Source of the DNA: Pseudogymnoascus verrucosus
Lineage: Eukaryota
NCBI GenBank assembly: GCA_001662655.1
Contig: KV460218.1
DNA: 64,000 bases
Strand: one strand, 5' to 3'
Part shown: positions 50,399 to 61,548 of the stretch, in pieces
Position numbering within the stretch: the first letter of the stretch is position 1
Layout of the letters: every line of letters starts with the position of its first letter
The notes under the pieces: model-generated
What the model was told of the DNA's origin: nothing
The model's database searches: none
What the model saw: the letters and a program-made list of their open reading frames with translations, nothing else
Translations under genes and position numbers: made by a program

Positions 50399-50813
50399 GA
50401 TTTGCGGAATATCACGTTGCCGTGAAACTTGAATTTGTAGATTATAAGAGAGAGGTGTTATAGTGTTGTTATGAGTTCGTTTACGGCGCACTATGAAAGG
50501 GTGGTGGAGAGGTGTGGGAGGTACTTATACTTGACGTCGGCATCCAGGCTCAGTTGCGCGGCTCGATGTGACACGTGGATCTCTCAAATATCATGTAGTT
50601 TATGCACTCCTTTCGAGACTGTCTGCCTCTTTCCCGATTTGTCCAGGTTATCCAATAGACCGTACTGGCGGTTCACTTGTCAAACTATATTTTCGGTTAC
50701 GAGGTTTGGGTCTGCAGATTACGAAGCGGAATATACTGGCTTTCACAATGGTGATACATATCAAGATCCATAGTTTTCATCCTAAATAATCCATTCCCTT
50801 TAGTTATAAATAT

Positions 50814-51683
50814 TCATCCATCAAGTAGAAACTGCCAAATAGCAGACGCCACCAAGTCCCCCCCATGTGGCTTTCCAACCTTCGCCATGCCGTCGTTGAA
50901 CATGGCATCATCAAAAACGTTCTGCACATGTCTCGTCTGAATTATTTGTCTCATAGTAAATTCATCAAACTCTGGGTGCGCCTGGAGCGACAGAATGCTT
51001 CCCTTTTTGTAAAGTCCTTGAATCGGACAGCTCGGGCTGCTCCCGAGATTAACCAACCCCTTTGGTACCTCTAGAACGGCGTCCTTGTGCATTTGATGCA
51101 GTGACTAATTTTAAAATTAGCATTTTTCAAACATGTTCCAAAGGTAACACTTCAGTACCAGGCTTGAAGTTCCGAAGAGCTGGCGGCCATGGCTGTTCAG
51201 ATCAATCGTGTTTACCGATACCTCCCATCCTCCGTGGCTCACGCCGACCGCGGCGCCCATCGCACGTCCGATTATCTGGTGCCCAAAACAGATGCCGACG
51301 AGTGGCTTCTGGTGCGTGGTGAGAATGTCTTTGACGCGGTCAACTAGCCGGACGATCCACGCGTCGTCCTCGAAAGCTGTGTGCTCTGTTCCGCCATGTG
51401 GTCAGAGCCATGTCGAACGTCATTTCCTCCTTCGACTGTTCACTAAGTACTCACTGCTTCCCGACAGCAATATCGCGTCTACTTCACGAATATCTGGAAA
51501 CGAGCTGGACCCAACGACATCCCACTTTGAGACACGGAGCTGGATGTCGCCGGCCGCTGGGCCACCTCTTTCCAGTCCCTTGGTGAGCAGCTCCTTGAAG
51601 ATGTCGCCATACGTGCCGCGAGAGGTAACGACTGTGTCGACTGGGGTGTCGCACTCCAGAACAGCAATGTGGTATACGCCCAT
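50814..51683 (-). CDS. Stand-alone class I glutamine amidotransferase-like protein (candidate gamma-glutamyl amide hydrolase), multi-exon
   Basis: LLSGS, VGICFGHQ (nucleophile Cys) and SLQAHPEF (His-x-Glu); no synthase domain attached. Confidence 0.88.
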
Positions 51684-52192
51684 TTTGATGATTGATTTTG
51701 ACGTTCAATAGATTTATTAAAAGTTTTCATTTCTTGACCAGGGCAGTCATATCTGTAGAGCGTTTTAGTATTCAATTAACCGCCCACCCTCCTATCCACC
51801 ATTCATTCCCAATAATGTTCCAGTGTCGCTCATTCAAAGGGCAAGCAGCAGATGATTTGGCGGCAAACACCCTGATTGGTAAAATTATAAAAAAATTAGC
51901 CGCTGTAAGTGGAGGGCGGCTCCATGATCGTAAGACCGCGCGGACCGCGTCTCGATGGGTCCCAGTTCTGGCGCAGCTCCGGGTGGGCCTTCAGCTAGGT
52001 CGAAACGGCTCCATGTAAGAGGATTCCAATAAGCACAACGTAGTTTATAATGCAGATTCCGGGTTGAAATATAATGACTGTATCCGCAACTGTTTCTAAT
52101 CTTCCACCTTTCTCTTAAAAGATAGCTACATATCTCTTTTTTTGTCTCTGGCCATACTGCGTCTCCCAGCGCCAAAATACAGGTTATCCACC

Positions 52193-53890
52193 ATGACACT
52201 CCTAACGCTGGACAACATCGCCGACTCCTTGAAAAATGACCTCAAAGTCAAAGTCGCCGGCGTCGACTCGTCAGGTATCCTCCGTGGCAAAGTAATGTCA
52301 AAAGACAAATTCCTCTCAACCGTCGAATCCGGCTTTGGGTTCAGCTCTGCCGTCTTTGGCTGGGACATGCACGACGCCCTATACGCCGATCCCGCAAGCT
52401 CGGCCATGGCATCGGAGAATGGAGGTTATTCCGATTTTATTGCTGTTGCAGACTTGTCGTCATTTCGAAGGTTGCCCTGGGAGGAAAACATCCCGTTCTT
52501 TTTGTTGCGCTTCACTGTCAACGATAAGCCGGTGGTTGCCTGTCCGCGAAGTATGCTTGCGGGCATCACGCAGAAGCTCGCGCAGAATAATATTAAAGCG
52601 CTAGCAGGCGGTATGATTCCCGATTCCGCATGACTAATTATAGGGCATGGAAGGACTACTTGTAAGAGTAAGTGCTGACAGCCATACAGTGGAACTGGAA
52701 TTCTTCAACTTTCAGACCCCAACCGAGGATGGATACGGTGTAGGCGGTAGCAGGCCGGATGTTGCGGGATTCCTAGCAAAGAATGCTCCAGGAGCTCTAC
52801 GGCCAATCACCCAAGGCATGTTCGGTTACAGCATGACCCGTCCAACTGCGTCCAAGAAGTACTTTTATGACATCTTCAACACATGCGTGTCGGTTGGCTG
52901 CGATCTAGAGATTCAGCACACGGAGAGTGGGCCCGGCGTCTATGAGGCGGTTTGTGACCCCCCCCTTCTCCCTCCCTCCCCCAGCCTTTAATACTCGTGA
53001 GGCTGGGGCTGACAACGACCATAGGCTTTAGCTGTGAAGGAAGTCTCAGAAATGGCTGATCGTGTCAGTTTGTTTAAGTAAGTGGCCGTCTTCCAGCTCA
53101 GAGAGAACCTGGCTAATTGAAAAAGGCTTACAACCAAATCAATTGCCATGGACCACAACATCACGCCCTGCTTCATGGCTAAGCCCTTATATGGATGGCC
53201 CGGAAGCTCGGGGCATATCCACATGTCGCTTACCGATGCAGACGGTAAAAACCTATTTGCCAGGGAGACGCGTGATGACTCGGCGCGCTGGAGAGATATC
53301 GCCAGCTTCTCCGATATGGGACGTCACTTCCTGGCTGGTATCCTCGATGCTCTCCCAGATATCATGCCCCTCCTCGCACCCAACATAAACTCGTACAAAC
53401 GCTTCGTCGAGAACTGTTGGGTCCCAGTTAGGTTGAACTGGGGCCTCGAGGACCGCCTTGTATCTGTGCGTCTCATTGCGCCCCCCGTGTGCAAGGCAGC
53501 GGCTACGCGCATGGAGATTCGAATCCCCGGCGCCGACCTGCACCCGCACTATGCCCTGTCTGCCTTGCTTAAGGCGGGAATGCGCGGTGTAGAGAAGAAG
53601 CTGGACATTTCGGTGCCTCCCGCATCGGCGAGGAGCAATGAGGAGGCGGCTCTGTTACCTAACACGCTTGACGAAGCGACAAGGCGATTCAAGGCTCCGG
53701 GGAGCGTGGCAAGAGAGATTTTTGGTGATACATTCGTGGAATTTTACGCAGCATCGAGCGAGCATGAACTGAGGCTCTGGAGAGAAGCGATAACGGACTG
53801 GTAAGTTAAATGTTTCTTTCACGACATATTGTGATGGTGACACTGACATTATCATCTAGGGAACTAAAACGGTATATTGAGACAGCATAA
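52193..53890 (+). CDS. Glutamine-synthetase-like gamma-glutamyl ligase (PuuA/GlnA3/GlnA4-like), multi-exon
   Basis: GILRGK, VELEFF, HTESGPGVYE, FMAKP, GSSGHIHMS, NSYKRF, WGLEDR, RMEIRIPGAD. The flap loop reads ENCWVP rather than the GYEAP of true GS. Confidence 0.9.
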
Positions 53891-53949
53891 CGTAATGCGA
53901 CAGTTGACTTTGTACAAGAATATAAAAACATTTGACTTACAATAGACAA

Positions 53950-55700
53950 GGACAACTTTCTTCTCTGTCATGAGTTCAAAGGCTCACGTCAAAGTGTAGC
54001 CTAATGCAAATGCAAATTTCTAATTTGAACATTTATTAAATCACCTCTTAATATCTTCCTTTTACATTTGCCTTAGAAACTAATGAATCGTTATGCATAA
54101 CGTAGTTCAGGGGCGTGTCGCCTACTAAAACACCAAAACGCGTCAAACCATCAATAGTTCACAATGCCACAACTAACACAAGCCTAATCCTTTAATTAGA
54201 GGGTAGCATAGTGTAATATCTTAACTATTTTATAAGGATGTTTAAATCTAAAGTTAAATCGTATGTTTCTAGGCTTATTAAGAAGAACAAACCTTAAGCT
54301 ATTATTATCTATATGATATATTACCCCTTTAAAACAAATGCATCTAAATAGGAGAGCTAGGTAGACTTACTACTAAAGTTAATAGGATATAACTAATTTC
54401 CTAGCTAACTACAGACGGCTATTAGTGCAATATATAAGCTTGCATCATAGCAGATCTAGATTCTAGGAGTGCTCGTAGTTCCGTGTGCTCTTTTTAAGTC
54501 TCTTAATAGGAAATGCGAAGCTAATTACATAGCTAGAGTAGAGTTAAGTGTAGAAGGAGGGCGTAAGATGGCATTATAGTTGAGTAAGGTCATAGACTCG
54601 TTCATCATAGCGCAGACAAACATCTGAGGTATAAAGCCATGTACTAATTACAATAACCTCGTGGATGTATAGGCGTACATATAGTCAGTACTGTCGTCTA
54701 TGTCGTTAGAGGATTTTATTTTTATTGCCATTAGTTAAGAATTGACGGTCAATAATATCTTGCAGCTGCTTAGTTACTCTTTCTTAAGTACTATTATCCT
54801 AGTGTGCGGCCTTTCGTGTTGCTAAACTTGGAGCGAGGTATGAGCGAAAGGATTGTCGTGCGTATAGATGCTAGTGAGATTGTTCATTAGGTACAAGAAG
54901 AGAGGAAGGTACTTTAGTTTATTCAACGTGATGTTGAGAGACTAGAGAATATATTAAAATTACCTACAAAACGTCATTTGTGCGTTCGATTAAACTATTA
55001 ATTGACTTACTTCAAGGTTACAGAGATCTAAGACTTCTTCTAGCAGAATTGAAATAGCATTTTGTGCTAGATGTAATATCTTCAAGGATCGAACAGAACA
55101 GATCTAAAAATATGTCAACGGATGAATCAAATACATTATTCTTCCAGAGACATCACAAACGAAAAGTACCGTCAAAACTGAACAAAACAAACAAAACTGC
55201 GGAATATAGCCTAGAAGAACGAAAGGTAAGAAGAGCCCTGCATAGTTAAAATCCCGCTGACTGATTCTAGAGCAGCAATGTGCATCGTCATATGGGCCAA
55301 CAAAGATCAGTTCAAGGAAGAAAGGACGAGAGTTGATGGAAAGCGGAGAAAATTTCGCAACGTATGGCAACGATTGACAACAAAATCTTCTTCCAGACGA
55401 GACCACCTGCCTCTAGGATATGCAGAATTGGCCTCTGGCCCCAACCACCAAGTTAGACCAATCTTTTTGAGGCGTAGATCTTTCACGCCAAGTGTGGAAG
55501 AGGTTGATACCTGTCTAGCCGAGTCAATTAAAGGCGTGGCATGACTTTGAGAGGGGGTGTGAGCTGTATGCAGCAAGGCTATTCTAAATCTGTAGACATT
55601 ATTGGCAATTTAGATCACAACGAAGTAATGCTCATTGTTTGTAGTTATTTGAATAGCGGCTAGCTAGACCCATCTCTTGCAATCAGGGCGGAAAGCAACG
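53950..55700. pseudogene. AT-rich, TpA-enriched relic region (RIP-like decayed element)
   Basis: Sharp drop in GC, abundant TAG/TAA/CTA, only short ORF fragments. Confidence 0.5.
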
Positions 55701-56096
55701 GACTTGGCACCCTCATTAGCCAATCCGTACTTTGGCGTTAAGCATATCAAAACCTGTGCACGCATCGATATCTGTTATATTCTACATCAGCTGTGTCCCA
55801 TGGCCACTCAGGATTCTCGCTACAACGGAAGGGACGTTACACCCTGTACGTTTAAGCAGACTCTCATTCCATACTGTTTCTCATTCAAATATGTGCTAAG
55901 AGCTTTCTACAAACGGCATATTTTGTTCTAACTATAAAGACTGGTAATCTGCTCGTCTTCGCACCCTTAGAGACGAGATGAAGTTAATCAGCGATGCAAG
56001 GCATATATGTCTGTCGCACGTGTTTTATTCTCAGGACGGAAACGCTGTAACTTGCAGCAGTCAAAAGCAAAAATGGCAAAATGGCAAAATAAAAAA

Positions 56097-56157
56097 ACAC
56101 ACAACACTGGGTATTCGCTGGTAGTCACCCACCCAACTACTTAAATCCACCGATCTG
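56097..56157 (-). rRNA. 5S rRNA gene fragment (3' half only) with its poly-T terminator; pseudogene
   Basis: The minus strand reads AGTAGTTGGGTGGGTGACTACCAGCGAATACCCAGTGTTGTGTG then T7, matching the box C and 3' stem of ascomycete 5S rRNA. I could not find the 5' half. Confidence 0.8.
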
Positions 56158-56160
56158 AAA

Positions 56161-56353
56161 GGGGTAGTTGGGATTGCATGTCTTCATACCAGGCTGATAT
56201 GTGAGTTTTGGATTTTCGGCATCCGGAACTCGCTGCTCGATCCAAGGGAAGCTGAAAGGAAAAAGGGGTAGGTTTGACTGCTTCATACTCGGCTGATGTG
56301 TGAGTGTTGAATATTCGGTATCCGAAATTCGGTGTCTGATCTAGGGCAAGCTG
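56161..56353 (+). repeat. Two diverged tandem copies (~90 bp) abutting the 5S fragment
   Basis: GGGGTAG...CTTCATAC..GGCTGAT.TGTGAGT...TTCGG.ATCCG.AA.TCG...GATC...G.AAGCTG begins near 56161 and again near 56265. Confidence 0.75.
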
Positions 56354-59300
56354 GCGGGTACAAGTATAGACTTAGGATTTAGCAAGAGGCTATGTGCATG
56401 AGTGTGAGTATATCTTGGGCCCGATCATGCAGACACTAGTAGCTAGATGATATATTTCCGGACCGAAGAGCAGAATATGAGAATGCGAGTTTACAGCTGG
56501 GATTTGGGATTTACTCCGAGGCCATGTCTCCAACTGCATCTCTGCCTCCGCCTCCGAGCATGCGGGTGTTGACCGATATCCTATCTCCAGCCAGCTAGGG
56601 AGCGCAGGATCTGGGAGTCGAGTACTCCCACTCACCTACACTAAAACCAACCCCAAAGCTGTGCGTCTGCACCTGTATTACACATCACCATCCCTAGGAC
56701 ACGGTCACTAGCCGCCACAATCCTACTTATAGTACAGCAAACCGGCTCTATGACAGGTGGTATTCAATAGGAATGCACCCAACCCGCCAGCAAGCTGAGG
56801 GTGTCCTCACAACCCAGCACCGATCAGGGAATGTGCAGCACATATGGTAAGTATTGCGAATTTGTGCGTGGGTGGCGCCTGCGCTATGTGTTTGTCTCCC
56901 CATCCAACAAAGCGGCAAGGGAGCGGCTGCCGCTGCGACGCAAGGGGCCGAAGCATGCATGATGGGTGTAGAATGGTGTTGGTGGAACGGGAGCCGGAGG
57001 GGAGATGGAGTTCTGTGGGAGTAGCGAAGGCTAAAGGCGTCCATCAAAGGAGGAGAGGAGGGAGGGATAGATAGGGGAATGGGATGAAGAATGCGGGATG
57101 GGAGAAAAAGGGGAAAGGGTAGGGATTGAAAAAGGAGAAAGGACAGGGAGTGTAGGGGGTGAAGTACAGGGAATAAAAGGAAGTGTGAAGGGTGCTGTGG
57201 TACTTGTGCTGCCCAAAAGACCGAAGAAATACTGTCACAACAGCCGCCTGTGTTTGCAGGGGCAATGATTGAAATGAAGGTGCTCAGTCACTAAGAGCTG
57301 CAACTAACATGATTGTTACCCATAAATAGAGCCCAAGAGATAAATTCTACTAGCGTAAATCGTTGATATCAATTCTCAGCCAAGGCAGTGTTCGGTAGTC
57401 GACGGAGGAGAAAGGGGATTCGGCATGGGCTGTGAGAGTACCATGGTAAGACGATGCATCAACCCAACCGCACCTTCTTGCCGCGACGTCCCAATCGAGG
57501 CACAACACCGAGCCCAACATCCTATCCAAACCAACCCCCAACACCTCGAGCAAGAGCGATCCAAAAATAACCCCGATACCACATCTTATCATTATCCACG
57601 ATCCCGCGGTACACCTCGCGCCATCTTATCGCCCCCCGATCTCGCCGTTCCTCCAGCCGCCCGATACGACCCCGGGATCCAGTTCCCGGAGCCCGATCTC
57701 AACCCCCCTAAGATCTAATCCCCTAGATCGACAGATACACACACCCCACGCGCCAGCCCGCCCGTGCACTATCTGCGATCGCGCGGGTGCGCGGGCGGCT
57801 CGTGTCGCATCTCATCGTCAGTGGCCTATCGCTTCGAACACTATGTCATCCCACCCGTCCGTCTCACATATCACCTCGCATCATCGACGGGGCATCCATC
57901 ACTCAACGCGGGGAATGACGCGCAAACCATACTATTAGCCCACAATGTTGCAGATCCTTATGTTGAGCGGCGCGGTGCATGCCGTTGGAGCGAAGGAGTG
58001 ATACGCATCGGCAGGAGATTGGCGCCGTGAGCAGCGGGTGATTGATGGGTGATGGGTGGTCGGGCTAACATGGATGTGGGCGCGCGGTTGGGAGGGCGGT
58101 TGGAGGAGGGATGAAATGGATGGGGGGTGGGAAAAATTGGAGGATGGGTGGAGGAATGGGGGTACTCCTGGAAGGGAGTCACGGGATGTTTTGTCTCTCA
58201 TCTTGCTGATTTTGATGCGCAATGGCTGTGACAGCCGGGGGGGGGGGGAGGTCTTCACCTAGCCGTCTTGTGAAAAGTCCCTCTCTCATGACTGGGAGCC
58301 GGGGAAAGTTCTTCATCTTGCTGTTTTGTCAAAGATTTCTCTCTCATATGATCACTGCATCTTCCAGTTCCCCTGCTTGCAAACTATCATTTTATTTATT
58401 TATAGCCGCCGGCTGTTAACCCCCAAACAAGCGACGGTGTTTGCTTCCAGGCCATACCTTGCTTCCGGGGACTGAGTGTTATACCGCCTATTATGCACGG
58501 GCATTTTCTTCTCGGACGCTCGGGCGGCATGGGTAGGTAAATGTACGTGATCCGGTACAGGAGCGGGAGCGGTACAGCAGCGATGTGGTGGGCCGCGGGA
58601 TGTATAGATGGGGCCAGGGAGACAATGGCCGAGCACGGCATATCGGAGATGGGAAGAGGCAGACCCTACTTTGTGCTCAGGGCAGTTGAGTACAACTAAT
58701 ATAAGCGGCAACTCTACTTGTGCCTTGGATGTGCTGTACGAGGAAAGTACGAGGATAGATGACAGACCGTCGGAGCACACCACATTCACAGCATTTCCAA
58801 GTGGACGTGAAAGCGGGAAAATTGGGAGGGTGTGGTGTCATTGACAACAAAGCACCGCACCAGCACAATGAGTTACCGACCGGGACTGCGATCCTTCGCC
58901 GGGGCTCACCCTGCGTTGATCTTCGAGCACAGTCCGCTATCACAGTGGAAGTGCAGAGCGCCCTTGAGAAACCCCCAAACACCCCCGCGGCCTCCGAGGA
59001 GGACGGCACGGCAAGGAACCGCACTCCACGCGAGGAATGGAATAAGCAAGGAAGCGATATGGAAGGAGGGAGGAGGAGAAACGTCGTTGTTTCCTCGTGG
59101 CAAGGGCGAGCGACAAATGATAACGAGCTCTCTACGATGATAGCGCCTCGGTCACCGCCTCAAATCACCCCGTCACCGTCACCGTCTCAGTCTGTGACAG
59201 TTGTCTCCACATCAGTTCCTCATCAATACTCGAGTAGCATCGCCTGAGTTGGCGGTGACGGCGATGTGATGCGCCTCATTGTGCTGCGTGACGACAAAGT

Positions 59301-61548
59301 GTGACGGTATGTGATGAGAGGACTCGGTCGAGTGTGATGGGATGTGAAGGGAAGGGATGAGATGGAGAAAGTACACCAGTTCCACGCCATGCACCGGCGT
59401 ACATCGAAGTACATCTCCCTCCATCCCCGTCGCATCCCCTCCCTCGTCCCCTCCCGTACCCCACTCCCCGCACCCATCACCAACCAGCGCACAGCTGTTG
59501 GCGCCTTACCAGCCCCCCCTTGCTATCGCTGCCCATCCCTATAGGGTCCTCTGCTTAAATCACAACGGAAAATGCAAAAATGCTAAAAAGGAATTATCTT
59601 ATTGGCTGACAAGTGTGCTATTTCTCTACAGAGGTGCTTTAGCGATGGGAACCTCAGAGCGGGGCGGGAGCTGCAGTTCCCGCCCCCCGCTGCACCCCCG
59701 CTGCGCTCTCCGTCCCCTGCAGGCGTTGCTGGGGTGTGAGCCTGTCGTGTGTGCGCCAAGACAACCAAGAAACGCCTGGTTAAGAGGTTGTTGGCGAATG
59801 AAGACGCTGAAGGACCTGTGCATAGAGATGCGCTAAAGACGTTATGGCTTGATATGGCTGGGAATGGCTGGTTGTAGAGTCGAGATGAACGTCACCTTTC
59901 ATCTTATACCCAATCAGGGTGCCTATAGGCCAATTCACACCCAGCCTCACCTTGCTTCGTCTGAACCCTGATATTCACCCTCACTGGCTACCCAACGAAG
60001 TAGTCCAAGTGTACTCAGACCAGCCAGACCACCTAGACCAGACCAAACCTACCAAACTTTCTGAACCAGCCAAAGCCACCACAGGAGGCCGTCCCAACAG
60101 TGCGAAGCCCCCATGAGAATGTCGAATTACCGATGCTGGCCACCACAGCCAGTGGTGATCGCCATATGCCCTCTGATCTTTATTTAGAGCATCACGCTGC
60201 GAGGTCATATTGCCTGCGTTGCCTCAAGTGGCAAGCTCCGGCTCTATTTACCGTGCGTGAGACGGGGACAATACCAACTGTGGCTACTGTAGGTATCTGT
60301 GCACTCTATACTGTGGTCGAGTATAATGCTTACTCGACTCTTCACTGGGTCGTACAAGCACAGGTGGTAATCTATGTGAGGAATAGTCCGTGGGGTGGCA
60401 GGAATACACTGGTCATCGTCCACAGGGACTGGCCGTACACAGTGTCTGAGGTGCTGTGCGGAGCGTCACTCACGTCCAGGAACACAACGCCCCCCTTATT
60501 CCTCTCGTGCAACTCCAAAAGATTGCGGATTGAGGGCCTGAGCAGATTCTTCTTCTTGCCCTGGTCTGGCTCCATCATCACACAAGTATTGACGCCTCAA
60601 TATGCCATAATATGCACAGTCCAGGGCATAGCTGGCCATACTGGGAGAAATATTGAGGGGAGGGGGTTAGGTACTTGGAGGTACACGCCCACACATCGCC
60701 CCCATGCTCCCCCCACCCTTGTCACCTATGCGGATGCGGTCCGGCTCATCTCTATCGACGAGTAGCAGCCCGCTACGGGTGCGTGCTCCCTGTATGCCTG
60801 TCAATCGCATCGAAGAGCTTGCCACTAACAACACAGAGCACACTGCTGTAGCCGCTCTGCTCAGACCGCGATGTCGAGAGCACCCGTTGCGACGAGCCAC
60901 TCGCTCCGTCGTCAGCGACCGGCGTCCCAATATCCCCCAGCAAGGCATAACGTACAGTGCTCCAGCCAGTACCGTACCATACGAGATCTACGCTTTGCTC
61001 CGACTCGCGAGAAGCGCCCTGCTTTGGGCGACTGCAATCTAACCAGCCACCGAAGTGGAAGGCCCATCCCGGCCGCACACTGGTCGTGGTCCGCCGTTGG
61101 CTCTTAGTGGCTACTGCGGCGACGGCTTTCTCATCCTCGGGCTCTTCAACGTTCTGCGATTCTCGCAAGACTCACCAGCACAGAAGCAACAACTTCTCAC
61201 CACCCTCCAAACACCACCTTTACAACGCAGACGACTCTCTGCAACGCTTTAATTTACCAACTACCTCTATCTGCAGCCAGCGCATGAGTTCGACGCCTGG
61301 CAATAACTCCATGTGACGACTGACAGAGGCGGGCGACCACATCCAAAGCCCTGTCACTGCAGGACAAGTCGCACAACAAGCGAGGCGGCCAGAAGACCGG
61401 GCACCACCGTGAGTTCCCTCCTCCTCCTCGCCGCTCCCTCGCCATCCCCAGCGACAGCGACCTCTGCAAACCTCCCAGTGTCGGCCCTCACCACCCCGCA
61501 CCGGCTAACCCGCCGTCGCAGACCCGCCCGCACGCTTCCACCGTCGCC

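Noticed and set aside
52193..53890. FluG or primary glutamine synthetase GLN1
   Set aside because: There is no N-terminal amidohydrolase domain, and the sequence is GSI-like without the catalytic flap Glu, unlike eukaryotic GSII.
56400..61500. Many short overlapping ORFs upstream of the WD40 gene
   Set aside because: No motifs or consistent exon structure; treated as intergenic or regulatory DNA.
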